A DNA stretch of 64,000 nt, from NCBI GenBank assembly GCA_951406725.2, contig OX597819.1, positions 82,646,001-82,710,000 of the forward strand, written 5' to 3'. The first letter of the stretch is position 1, and every line of letters begins with the position of its first letter. This DNA is from Octopus vulgaris (Eukaryota). The notes beneath the pieces were generated by a model. The model did not search any database, was not told where the DNA came from, and worked only from the letters and a program-made list of their open reading frames with translations. Both the position numbers and the translations under genes were made by a program. Positions 1 through 13,399 of this stretch are shown here, piece by piece.

Positions 1-139
1 CCCTAAATGCAAATAGCCATGTCAGTCCTCTACAACTAGAATCTGCTCTGCCACAACTATTTTTCTAATACCTTAAACCACACATATCTTAGTGATTCCC
101 TGCTCCTTGGATTTTGTAGATTTGTGAGTTGCATGGTGA

Positions 140-341
140 CCTTACTAGTGCCAATGTCATAAAACAAAGCACTCAGTAAAGTGGTTAGCATTGTGAAGTG
201 GCTAGTATTTGGAAGGGCATACAGCTATAGTAACCATGCCAAAGATGATGCTTGATCACAATGCTCTCCTTGAACCCATCAAGTCCTGTCAAACCATTCA
301 ACTCATGCCAACATAGAACATGTACATTAAATGACAATGAT

Positions 342-344
<3 letters not shown>
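140..344 (+). mobile_element. Degraded RTE-type 3' tail / RTE-partnered short retroelement
   Basis: Contains GGAAGGGCATACAGCT...AAACCATTCAACTCATGCCAACATAG...ATTAAATGACAATGATGAT, homologous to the better-preserved copies at 40002-40198 and 55669-55890. Confidence 0.6.
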
Positions 345-376
<32 letters not shown>

Positions 377-386
377 ATATATTGCA

Positions 387-745
387 TATATATATATATA
401 TATAAAGCTGAAATTGTCTGTGTATGGCAGGTTTGGTAGCCTTCAACTAACACTATCTCCTCCAAGACCATTGCAGTGCAAGTTGACCAAAATTGAGAGT
501 ATGATAGAAGAAGGCTTGCTCTTCCTTCCGTAGAAGAAAAAATTCAAATCGTGCTTTTTTTCTATAGAAATCTCTATGTTTTATGATTTTTTGACTGCTG
601 TGTCGCCATTTTTCGGTGTATTTCAACCAGAAAAACGTTCACTTAAAGAGAATAACAAGCTACATAATGCAAAATTTTTACTTTTCAAAAATTCAAATTC
701 TAAAGGGTTGAAACAAACCTGAGCAACGCCGGGCGATACTGCTAG
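387..745 (+). mobile_element. Non-autonomous Helitron-like element
   Basis: The 3' end has a GC-rich hairpin CCTGAGC-AAC-GCCGGG (718-733), then CTAG (742-745) followed by T, the canonical Helitron 3' signature. The 5' end (TA)nAAAGCTG merges into a TA tract, so the 5' TC is not visible. Confidence 0.65.
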
Positions 746-2557
746 TATATATATAATAAAAGAATTTGAATAACACCGGTGTTTAACTTTTATTTATTTA
801 TATATTATATATATATATATGTATATTATATATACATATATATGTATACATACATATGCTGTATATATGATATATATTAACAATCCTTGATATTCATGTT
901 AGGTTTGACTTGCCTCTGCCAGTTCAAATGTTTAAAGAAATAAAAGAAAAAATAATGTTTTATTTTGTTTATCCTTAAAAAATCATACACAAATTTTATA
1001 GACCAATCTCATTTCGTGCATAGTACTCATTTAGAATACGCTATCTTTTTCTGAGAAGTTCAATTATGTTTTGTTCCTTGAGAATTGCTCACATGATATT
1101 GCAAAATAAGGTAAATATATGTTCTTGTTATTGAAGTTGCTGACTTGTCAACCTTCATCATACAATCATACAGACTTGTGATCAAATGCATTCTAGCAAT
1201 GCATCTTTTTTTTTTTTTTTTTTGCTGTTTTTTTTTTGTTGTTAGGACCACATTATGTAATGCATCTTTTCCTTTTGAAAGCAGATACATTCACCTTAGG
1301 GACTTGAAATATGTATCTATATCAATTCATGAAAACTGAAGTGTGTAATACGAATGAACCTTACATAACCTCATCAAAATTCCTAGCCCCTTGTTTGTTT
1401 TTAATAGTGTTGATAGAAATAATCTGCTAACTTTCTCAGCAAAGCACCATATAGGCAAATTTGGATCATCTCTTGTACATTGTGAAACAGCATTCAGAAA
1501 ATTATGTTTGATTTCCTCTGTCAGAAATATTTGTTTTCCAAGTATTTAATCCTTAGATGTGTAATGAAATAGCTGTATGAATCCTTTTGCTGTCTTACTT
1601 TTAACAATTGTAATGCAAGCCAATCTTTTTGATGTTTGCCAGGGTATAGAGTATTAGAGGAAAATAAAATTTGCCTTTCATAAATCATTCCTCAGCAGAA
1701 TAACACGTAACATATGAAAAAAGTATCTTATTCCAAACATTTTTCTAACTTTCTCTTGTTATTTATTAGTGATATTGGAATCTCTAAGGGTCTCATTTTC
1801 AAGAACAAAAGAGCTATCATTTGTAGAACTCTTTTATTATTCCTACCAAAAATCTTGTATTAAACAACTTCTTTATATTTGATTATATTCTATTTGCATT
1901 TTATGCTTAACCCATCATATAGAATATAGTTTTATTCTTATGATATTATGTGGTGTATAATAAGAAATTTTGTAAATAAAATGGTTGATGAATTGTACAG
2001 TTTGCAGGATGTAGTTATGGTTTTCTTATTTGTTTATGATATTTCATTTAAAGTTTCTTCCACCCTTCCTGTCTTTATTACATTTTCTTGCTCGATTCAT
2101 AGCACCAGCTTGATGTGTATAATTAAAAGTTGCATGTGTATATGTTGCCATTGTAAAATGATGCATTCATCTACTTAGTAATTATAAGATAGATGCCTGT
2201 CTAATTATAACCTGCATTTTTCACTACTTAAAGAAATTCTTCCTAATATTCTGTTTGTTACTGACTTAAATACTACTTGTGAAGCATATTTAGCCTACCA
2301 TATGACTGAAGGTTTTTTTTTATCCCACCTCTCTTCAGCAATGTCTGAGAGAAAGGTAAAAGACAATGTTTATCTAATTTGATGATACTAGTCTAATGAA
2401 TCTCCTGAAAATGCTCCAATATTAATTTTTTTTTTTCACTTTGTATTGTGAAAATATGCTGGTATATTTTTACAGAATTTGTGAAATCATCATTATTTAA
2501 GAATGAAACAAATGCATAAAGAATTTTCATTATAGAATAATTATTCATATTTTATCT

Positions 2558-2564
<7 letters not shown>

Positions 2565-2608
<44 letters not shown>

Positions 2609-2625
2609 AATGTGTATATGTATGC
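2565..2625. repeat. (TG)n microsatellite
   Basis: About 20 perfect TG units, then degenerate TATG. Confidence 0.95.
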
Positions 2626-5480
2626 ATAAAATAAGTATGGCACATATAATTCTGGATGTAATTTTGATATCTAAAGAGAGTGATAATTTTCTAAACTGAA
2701 AAACAGCACTCACACCAGATATTTCATTACATTGTCAAACAAACATGACCTTAGACTGAATAGTTTTTTGTTTTTCTATTTATTTCCCTGATAAATACTG
2801 TGAGATTTTGTTTTCTACTCTATCATAAATATTGAAAGAGTTTATTGATTAACAATACTGAAGATAAGACAGTAGCAGCTCACCTATTGTGGTGGCCATG
2901 ACAGATAATATTTCAAAATTTGCATTATTTCTTCAGTTATATTACGATAACTAAACTCCATTTTCATCAATCGTGAGGTTTTTTATATTGAAAGGAAAAT
3001 GTTTTGAAGTTTTCTCATCATTCTCAAATATATTTTCAGTTTTGTTTCCATTTTTAACTTAATAACAAATGCATACAGCTGTTACATCTGTTAATAATCA
3101 GTAACATTAAAATAACAACACATGTATGTATATTAACTATAAATATTGCAAATAAGCAATGAAATGTGGTTCATATTCCAACTCCTTATTACAAAATTTC
3201 ATTTAGAAAATACTACAATCAACCAATGCATTTAGAAAATGAATATTCTTTCTGAACTGCTTGGTAGTAAGACAAATCAATAAATTCATTCTCCCTAAAG
3301 CCAACTTGCTATTCCCTCTCTTCATTTAAATTGATTATTTCTCAAAATACCCAATAACTACCTCAATCCATCACCTTTTCTACCCTATCTCAATAACTCT
3401 TATCCTTCTTATTTTGGGTATGCTATGTCTCCTTGAACATTGCTACTGGCTATATTATCTAGTTTCCTTGACAAGACTGATTCCGATCAACCTGCAATAT
3501 GTTACACATACTTATAATAGAAATAAAATTAATGGAAATACTTCATAATAGCTGTTACTATTATGGAGCTAAATAAGCTCTTCACATTGCTATACCTGAA
3601 AAAAATATCTACCATGATTATTGAGCAGGCATTCTTTTATTTTCTTTTTCTTCACATTATTAACTATTTTGAATTCTAATTCTCAATAAAACAAATAAAT
3701 AACCAAAAAAACCTAGACCTCAGAGCAAATATTGATTCTATTTCCCACTGTTCGAATTAGAAGGAAGGAATAAACCAGTGTTTAAGAGAAGTACACTATT
3801 TGTTACAGATTTTCTGTATTCCCTGCTTGCTATCATTTTGTTGGTTGCTTCAGATATATATATATATTCCTTGGCTTCCTAGCTGACAGAAAGCACCACA
3901 CTCTACTCTGTCAGACAGTTGCTTGTTGAGGAGGAAAGGGGAGTATGTATAAGAAGCAAGACTGCCACTGCTAATATTACTGCTGCTACTGCAACATTTA
4001 GCATGCAGCTATGGCAAATCGACACTAGCAGAACAGAACGGCTGGTCACATAATCAAAAGTGAATATAGTCAGGTGGTTATTGAAAATTCTAATCTACAG
4101 AGTATTTTGTAGATTTTTTTAGTCTCTCCAACACCTAAGCCTAATGAAATGTGACATTGAAGGATACTGGTTAGGAAAGAAGAATATGTTAATGCTCACT
4201 TACTACCATACCAAAAAGAAAAAAATCACTCTGGCTTCTATCAGAACTATATGAAGAGCAGCTGTTGATTTGAAATATTACTTGGGAAAGCAACAAATAT
4301 TTTAATCCAGATTATTGATGGAGATAATGAAAATGCAAAACCTCATTACAAAGTGAATGTGTTATGAAGTGAAACGTTAAATATTTAATGTTACAACATC
4401 ATCTTATTGTACAGTGCTACTGCAATTATTCTGACTACTAGAATCGGATAACATTCAATATATATATTGTTATTTATAAAGAGCTCACTTTTCTTTCTCA
4501 CCTCTTTTTTATTGATTCTCTACATTGCTATTATCGTCTATATCACTTCCTACTTCTTCCTCTCTAACTTTCTTTCATTTCTGCCATCACCATTCTAATT
4601 GAGATTGCTGCTCTGTCATTATCAACAGATGACTTTACTAACAAATTTTCTAAACCTACCAATCTGGTTATGAATGCAGTTTGAGAAATTATTTACTGTG
4701 GTTGCTGTGGTAATTTGATCAATGCTAGAATGCTACCAAACATTAAGCAAGCTCAACTTGCTGCTATTTCTATCAGTAGGATGTCTTTTATTACCACCAG
4801 CTCATATCAATACTCCTGACAACACAGAGTTGAGTAAACAAAAGAGAAAAAAGTGATGCATTTGGACTTCCCTCATTTGTTGTTCAAAGAGCAGCAATAT
4901 TATTCTGATTTTCGTGTGTACTATTGCACTAAGACTCTGAAAATTTATTACCCACCAAAATGTTTGTTATTGACTTTGTGACATCTATTGGGTCATACTA
5001 AATCCTTTCAATCATATTCACCTAACATCAAAGCAAGTCAAAGGAGTAAATTTTAACATATTTATTCAACCCATTAAAATGCTTTCTTAGAAACACAAGA
5101 CATAAATAGATATCCATAGTATTTACTTTAGCCAACTGAAAGCTTCATTAAGAAAAGAAAATAAAAGATAAAAAAGCTTTCCAAATTGTAGTCAACATTT
5201 AGCTCACATAGCAATCAAATGAATTGAATTATTACTGAAAGATTTCTAATACTCTTAAAAGTGAAGACAGATATTCATATATGTATATGCATTAACACAC
5301 ACAAGCTCATATATATATATTTATATCTACAATCTTTATCCCAAAGAGAAATAATGCTGGTTTTATTACATTTATTATTACAATTGTAAATACAGAAACT
5401 ATTCTATAGGATATTATTTTCAAAACATTTTATAATTAGAAAGATAACAACAATCCAAAGTTGATGCTGAGAACAGAAGG

Positions 5481-5859
5481 ATGTACCAGGATTTCAAATT
5501 GTCACTTCGGAAATTTTCATTCGAAGTCGTTACATTTTCCTCCCTAATTACATTGATTTTACTGTGCCTGTTCAGTCTGTGCAATTTTCAGCCGGCTAAT
5601 GCCTGTTACGTTTACCCAGCAGATATGAAGGACCCATGCGAACAGAAGAAGTGTAGCTTTGGTGCTGAATGTGTACCCTCATTAGATGGGTTCAGTTACC
5701 GATGCCAGTGTCCCAACCGCTGCAACACCTATGGTGACAACATTGGTAGCACCCCAGTTTGTGGAAATGATGGAGTAGATTATAGCAACATGTGTGAGAT
5801 GCGCAAAGCAGCTTGCCAAGAAATGAAGGACATTAGAGTAAAATATTATGGGAAATGTG
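5481..5859 (+). CDS. AGRN: First coding exon of an agrin-like gene: hydrophobic leader plus follistatin-N/Kazal domain (126 aa, phase-1 end)
   Basis: ATG 5481 has A at -3 and an in-frame TAA upstream at 5445-5447. The protein has a basic N-terminus, a hydrophobic stretch at aa 12-36 and an ANA|C site. Ten Cys follow in follistatin spacing (C53,58,64,75,77,81,94,105,112,126) with PVCGNDGVDY..C..R.AAC. The ACY.YP...DPC...C.FGA.C.PS.DG...C.CP pattern matches invertebrate agrin FS1 as I recall it. The donor is TGTG|GTAAGT at 5859/5860. Orthology to agrin rather than another follistatin-domain protein is not proven from one exon. Confidence 0.8.
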
Positions 5860-5865
5860 GTAAGT
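5860..5865 (+). other. Canonical 5' splice donor GTAAGT opening a very long intron
   Basis: Perfect consensus directly after the last Kazal Cys codon plus one base. The sequence turns abruptly AT-rich and reaches a stop at 5877-5879. Confidence 0.9.
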
Positions 5866-8364
5866 ATTTCTTTAATTAATATTCAAAATTAATACTAAAT
5901 ATTAATCTGCATTATTTTTCTAATTATACTGTTTCCTCTAATTTTCTATTACTCTAAGTATTTTTATCACTTTTTACATACTTATTCAATTAAAAGATGT
6001 TCATAGATTGTTACTAATGTTATACTCTAGAACTTTCTTTATTCAGTGCATGTTTTTAATGCAGCAATTTCCTAGGATGTTGTGTAAAAAAACTGTATCA
6101 ATACAAATATATTTTGATGTATTTTTCATGGAGGCTTGCTGTTAAAATACAACAATGTTTTAAAATTTTTCATAGTCATTTCTGCTACTTTATATAGAAA
6201 AAATGGGAAATTTTGTTACCAGATCTGTTTGTCTCTTATCAAATATCTACTGATGTAAATTATTTTAAGTCAATTAGCCAATATCTTCTTCGAAATTAAT
6301 AATAATTCTTCTTCTTTATACTGTGAAGTCTTAAAACTATTAACTTTCTAAACCAATATGGTGTCAGATTGAGCATAACTGTCAACTGGGTTGGCACCAA
6401 ATATCTATACCAAGTATAACATCTGAGGATGAGACAGTTATCTAAAGGTGGAAGCTAGATATATGATTTGTTTTGGCATAGGTTATTATAACATTTCACT
6501 ATCTGAATAACTGAGGTAAATTTTAAAATAAAGTTTTGATTCTTGGTTTTCCATTTCATTTAAAAATGGCCATGTGGAAAGAAACAGTTATTCATTTCAA
6601 TTACTCTAAAATAAATTAAAATACTTCATACAGTTAAAAAATGATAGTACAATTATCAGTATTTTATTGGTTATTATCCTGCATTTCAAATAAGTATTTT
6701 AGATACTGTTTCTTACAAATTTTATGTTTTTGCTTTCCTTAAAATATGTTTCTGTAAACATGCTTAAGTAAATAAAAAAAAAATGACGAAACCAGTCTGT
6801 TTTAGAGTTGTATTAAACTATGTATTTTTATAAGTTAGATTTTCAAGAAATCAAATTCAGTATTAGGCTTGTTTTGTTCTGATTAGTAACTAATGTAATA
6901 TTGTTAAATGTATGCTGACTGTTATACTAGGTAAGTTTGGCATAAGCTATGAATTGCTTTTTTCATAATTCTTTCTAGATTTTATTTATAATCTCCTCTT
7001 TGTTACTCACTCTTCCTATAACAAATCTTTCAATAATCTATTTTTTCTTATGTTCAGTGTCCTCATGTTTGAGTTGTCTGAATACAAATTATTGTATATC
7101 ATAACATTTCTATATTTTAATGTACTCAGCTTTGTCTAAAAGCAATATGTCATTTGTCAAAATGCCATTTTTTATGACCATACCCAACATTATTCATTTT
7201 TTAAATTATTTTGTTTTAATAAATATCTTGCATATACAGATTTACCATAAAATATATCTATTTCTTTTAATTATTTGAAAAATGTGAATGCTTTGTAATT
7301 TCTACAAATATTTTAGAACAATATGCAATATTTTTACAAATTGTCTGTTTGGTTACGGATTGAAAATACATGTGTAGTACAAATGAAAAAGCTTGAGTGT
7401 TCCCTATCATTGATTACTTCTCATGTGAATTACAGTTCAATGTTCTCTTCAAATTGAAATATTTTCTTACAATAAAACTTTTATTTATACTTGAAAAATA
7501 TATCTAGTTAAACAAAGATAGATTCTGAGGACTGTTCTAATTTACAATAATATTCTCAAATATTTTCCTTTTTTTTCACAGTTTGATTCAGTGACCTCCT
7601 GTATCATCTTTATTATTTACATTTTGCATTAAGTTTTTGAACTCCTTATCAACTAAATATTTATCTTATGAGCTAATTCTTTTCTCCATAAGATGTTGGA
7701 TTTTCCATTGTGAATTAATCTCACAAAAACACAGTAGAATTTATGCCACAGAAACAATTATATATTAAAAACTATTTCAATTTGCAAAATTTTGTATATA
7801 TAATTTCAAAATTCATAAGAATTATAAGTTAATAAAAGATTATTACAGATTTTAGCTGCAGCAGCCTGTTATAGCTGTTATATTCACACCTACATATTGC
7901 AAAGAATGAAACCTCTACTCCTACATTCCAAAGGATAGTGAAACAAGAAGAAAAGAGAACTGCATTCATTTTGATTTAAAGTGTAAATGATTAGATATTA
8001 GTTAGTATAAATGCACAATATTACCAATTCAAGCTACTATTTATGCAAGAATAAAGGATAGTTATGTAGATTAATAAAGAATGCCCATGAAATAAAGCTA
8101 ATATTTTGATATTTTTAATTAACTCTTTTACCTTTGTCAGGTGACATAATACACAGGTTATTAAATCTAATATTCCATCACATGTTTTCACTCATTACTT
8201 GATAAACGTCAAACTAGATTTATTCACAATAGAAGTATATTGAATCAACAGAACAAAAGAGCAATTTTTAAAATACAGATTTCAGTTTCCATAGTTTTCA
8301 AGTTACCTACCTTGTGTGTCATAAAATATAAAATACAAGAAAGCAAATTTCAGCCTCACAATAA

Positions 8365-8586
8365 CTTTGAATAAATCAAGGAGGATACTCCTTTGTGACT
8401 GTCCATTTGTTAGAATTAGCAGCTAAGTTTTATTCAAATCACATCCTATTCTCTGAAAAAAGAAAGAATATATGAATAATATAGTCTTAGGTACAATATG
8501 TCTACAAAGGAAACAGGATAGTCACTATTGAAATACTTTTTATTATAGTTAAGCTCAGTCAAGTTCACCTGGGGTCTAATCAACAT
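8365..8586 (+). mobile_element. Old interspersed repeat (family C), degraded
   Basis: Shares blocks (TGTTAGAATTAGCAGCTAA, TCAAATCACATCCTA, GGATAGTCAC, ACCTGGGGTCTAATCAACA) with copies at 22587-22740, 34020-34235, 50330-50525 and 51090-51292. Confidence 0.55.
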
Positions 8587-10349
8587 GTTTGATGGAAGTG
8601 CAACTGGCAGATATTTTTAGTAGCATTAGCATCTCAGCATTGTTTTATGTTTAAAAATTAATGAATCCTTGTTGAAGAATTTGGGAAGGATAACTATGAA
8701 GGGAAAGTAGATTTTTGACAGCTGCTGCTATCAACAGTGGTCAGAATATCAAATTTCAAGGCTGCATAGCAATGGAAGAGAGTGGTACCTGTACAAGAAT
8801 GAACTGAATTTATTGTGGTTGACAAAGATGTCTAATGAAGAGTATACTGAATTATCTTCCATTTTGTGTTTTCTACTAGTATACTTTTTCTGTGATTTTT
8901 TTTTCGTTAGAGTCAGTCTCAGTCATGCTTGGAACAAAGTATCGTTTGACAGTTAGTGTGTTGTTAACATTGGTTGTAATCCCAATGATTTATGGCAAAA
9001 TGTTTTCTTAGACATCAACATTTTCCCAAAATTCTTGCTTTCTACAAAAATTTCTTTTCATCTACATATATTTATATAAAATTCGTAATAAAATTCGTTC
9101 TTTATGAACCCAGTTTGTAAACTGGATTCAAATAGGACATATTTTATAAACAGCTTATAAACAGTTGATCTATGAAGATACACTGCAGAAATAACAGTGT
9201 CATCATCAGGCTCAGTTATTATCGTTGGTAAATAAATGAGATATATTCTTTAAAATGATAGGGAGTTGAGCTGGTATTATTAAAACCAATGAAAAATAGA
9301 AATTGAACCATAAGGTTTGCATGCTATATTTCATTAAAGGTTTGATTAATTAATCTTGGCTTTCTAACTTGAATGACCACTCGTGTGTTATGTTGGAAAA
9401 TAGATAGTAAGTGGGTCTACATTTTCAGAAGCCTTATTTAATATTTCTCAATTGAGGCAGAAAGCAGAATAGTCATATCTAATTTGTAGATAACATAAAA
9501 CATTCATTACTATTTGAAATATCACCAAGTAACTTATCATTAGGTCAAATGATTTTACATCCAGTTTCACTTTATTATAGAACTGAATTTTAAGATCAAA
9601 GATGCAACTGTTGATATGAATAATTAACTTCTAAATTTACCTTTGGAGATTGTATGTAATAAAGGATATCAACAACAAGACAAATGGCAACTTAAACCAT
9701 AAGCTATTTATTATATGAATGTTACAGTATTAAGTCATTGTATAAATGTAGACTTGCTTTGACACAGGTAACTCATTCTGATGTTGAGGCTGTAACGTTG
9801 ATTCAAACTTCATTCAGATGCTGAATTCCTTTTGCTTCTTTGTGTTTAAATACCTCTGAATTCTTTCTATTTAATTAAAAATATGTCATGGAGTATTTAT
9901 TTCATAAGCAATCTACGTTAAAAGAGATTTAGCAACAAACTACATCAAATAATTGATAGAAAATGTATCTTTTCAAGACAGCAATTAACTTATTGAGAAT
10001 GAAAAAAAGGGAAATATATCTTAAGAATCATAAAATTGAATTGGTTGAATTTGCTTTTCAGAAGATGTGTTCTTCAATCTTGCTATCAGATGCTTAATTG
10101 TATCTTGTTCTCAATAGCATTGGTAGACATGATGTCCAAAATGAAGAATTATATTACATATAAAATCTAAATCAAAGCTGCAAAGTTTATTTTTTGTTTC
10201 CTCAAACTAAATTGTTAAGAGAGGATGCATGTATATATGTGCTTATGTTCAGAAAAATGAAGCGAAATCAATTTATTTGTATTTTATTTAATATATTTTG
10301 TCTTAAATTTGTTTATTTAAGTTGTAGAATCATTAAAGCATAAGTGATT

Positions 10350-10585
10350 TTGTTCTAGCCCCTTGTGTTTTGGGTTAAATTCCAGTTGAGATCAACTTTG
10401 CTTTTCATCCCTCTGAGATCAATAGCATAAACTATCAGTATTTGACAATGGATTGGTTGATACAATGAATTGGAAATATCATTATAGAACACATTTGTAT
10501 TTGTTCTGGCTCTCTGTACTCTGAGTCAAAATCCCATGTAGTCAGCTTTGCCTTTCATCCTTTCAGAGTTGATAAAATAAAATCC
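10350..10585 (+). mobile_element. Two tandem degraded fragments of SINE family B
   Basis: Both carry B-box-like GGGTTAAATTCC / GAGTCAAAATCC followed by the family core TCAACTTTGC(C/T)TTTCATCC...GATAAAATAA. Confidence 0.65.
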
Positions 10586-13399
10586 TAGAATGATGGCTTG
10601 ATGATATTTGGATGTTAAATGATGATAGCTTTAGTATTTGTTTTGCCTCTTTGTGTCCTGAGGTTTTGGTGGTAGATGTAATTCATTACCTAGTTGGTTC
10701 TTATTTTCCTTTAGAAAGAAATAGGGAACATATTTTCACACCAGTGACCTGGCTTGAATTCATGCAACAGATAGTACTAATCTCAAAGGCTCTGAGAAAC
10801 CAAAAGGTCATAGGTATTGTGCATCCCTCTCAAAGTTAAGTGATAAAAATGTATTAAGTTGTATAAACATATTCTCAATCTTAATAGAAAAAAGAACTTA
10901 AATTGATGTAAAAGTTATTATACAAATGAATTATTATATCATTGAATATTCAATTATCTAAATGCATTCACTATTATGTAATAGAAATAGTGTCCCATGA
11001 AATAATTAAATTGTTAAGTATTAGCCTTGATTATTTCATATGTTAGTATGCCTTAAACAAAAAGACATGGATCAGATATTAAAGATTGAAATTCTAGCTA
11101 CTGGCTATCTAAAAAATTATGACTAACTAATTGCATATAACCTTCAACATATAACATCTCCTAATCATAACCTCTAACATACAGAGTGAACAAATCATTG
11201 AATTAGTTATAATATTTCTTAATAATATATTTTGTTTGAAATATGTAAGAAATGAATGTTTTTATGTTACTTTCATTTGTATTTCATTTGTGTTTCATCA
11301 ATGCAATTGTTTTAGGATATTGCTATTGCTTAGGCTAATCAAAGAAATCAAAGAAATTTATCCTCGTTCACTGTTAATTCTCATTATCACTATGTTTCAT
11401 GACTGACGGGAACTTAAAAACATTTAGTGATTCTGTTCAAATCTGCTTCAGGTGTATTTCTTGACAGGGCACGAAATTCTACATTGCCTGGGTTCACCTG
11501 AGGAAAAGTGGTAACCATGTATACTGCACAGAGAGAATTCTTTTTTCATAATCATTTAACTTTATAAGGCTAAATTTGAACACCAGTCTGCTTGATTGTT
11601 GTCAGTCTTAAAAGAATTTATTTTTAAAGTTACCACTTATATAACTTCACAGAATTGTTATTTTGTAGATTTAATTCATTAGAGAAATCATTCTGAAAAC
11701 TTTGGCCAAAACAATAATAGACCTTATTGAAAAAAGAGACTATCTTGATATCATAATATTCACTATATCCACCTGAATGTCATCTTGTCTTTCAAAGATT
11801 GTATTATATGTTCCTGCCACATTAGATAATGCAAACTGTTATAATTCTCAGTATTGACAATACTTGGAACTGTTAACAATGCCAAATCGTTTTGTAAGCA
11901 CTATACAACCACATTTTAATATTACCTATGATGGCAGCTAAGCACAAAGTATAAACTGTCATTACACCTATTCAAAATCTAATTTAAAATTTTTTTCTTG
12001 TTTTTAAACTAATTCCTTCCCTTTCCCCAATTGTATTTTCTTGATTTTTGTTTTAGTAGACTGTTGACATGACATACTAATGGTATTGGTTAAACGTTTC
12101 TTTTCTACAGAACAAAAATGGGGGGAAAAAAGAGCAATGAGTTAATCAAGTGACTTCTCTTTCTCTATTTCCTTTGTTATTAAATCTATAAAGCAATAAA
12201 GAAAAATAACGTCAAAAGATTTATGTTACAAAATATTTTGTTCTACATCTAAAACAACATTAAAAGTGAGTGATCAAATAATCAATATTTGTTCTGCCCT
12301 CCAACATTTTCTTAATTAGATACAAAACAATTAATGGATTGAAAACAAAATAAAACCTATTTCAAAACAGACACAATAGGTTCCACTGAAACAATTTCTT
12401 TCTTATATAAATAACTTGAACATTTCTACATTCAGAAAACTGTTAATTAAAATCACAATAATTATTTTCATTTTAGATGATTATTCTATTAAATAAAATT
12501 AAGAATATTATTTTAAGTACCTGTTCCAAACCTTTTACTTATAAACGATATCCAAATTGATAACATATCTTTCCAATCTCTAACAACTATCAGAAATCTA
12601 CTTGTATTGATTTTTTTTCTTTGTGTGAAATGTTTTGTATGGTTAATGCTTTCACTGCTAATTTATTTACTTTACACTCAATATTAGTTTACAATTTAAG
12701 CAGCAATTTTGTTGAAATAATTCCATGGTAGTCACTCACATACAAGCAGAATACAGTGGAGAATAAAACTATTCCCTTATACAAAAAATATCTTCTTTTT
12801 CATTGATTTTAATATGCAAACATAACAACGGTGTTCTTATAACAATATGATTGTTTAGTTCCTATATACATATGCTAGCTATAAATATTTTAATTATCAT
12901 GAATATAGAGGAAGCATTGCCAATGAGGGCTTTCTCATTTCAGTATGGTGAAAGAGAGTTGTGAAATTGGTGCAGCTAGTATACTAGCGTCAGGAAATAT
13001 CTGAGTTATAGCCAACAAGACGCAAAGCTGCATCTAATGTTTGCTGTACACAAAGCACAGTTTAACAATAAGTAGAGAATTAGATACAACAAATACTTTT
13101 GAATTAAGTTGGATAATACTGGTAATTTACGAGCACTGGAAACCTTATGTTTGCTTATGATGGACCAGCGACTGAATACATTTTTAGTAAAAAAAGGATT
13201 TATCAGTTAAGCAGATGATTTCTATTTTGATGTCTCTGATCAAATGAACTCTGCCAGCTGGAATATAAGAAATGAACAGTGACATACATTGAAGACATAT
13301 TTAGATTGTTTAGTTATTTATAGTGATTAGTTTCTTAAAGCTGAAATATTTATCTACTTGATAGAGAATGTTAAGTTTCATTGAAGGAGTTTTAACAGA

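Noticed and set aside
5860-5879. C-terminal GKYFFN* of the 132-aa ORF as a complete small secreted protein
   Set aside because: It is read-through past a perfect GTAAGT donor into the intron. An intron-retained short isoform cannot be excluded but is unsupported.
6785-6805. GACGAAACCAGTC resembling the 3' half of a hammerhead
   Set aside because: No upstream CTGANGA at the position required by the possible stem I.
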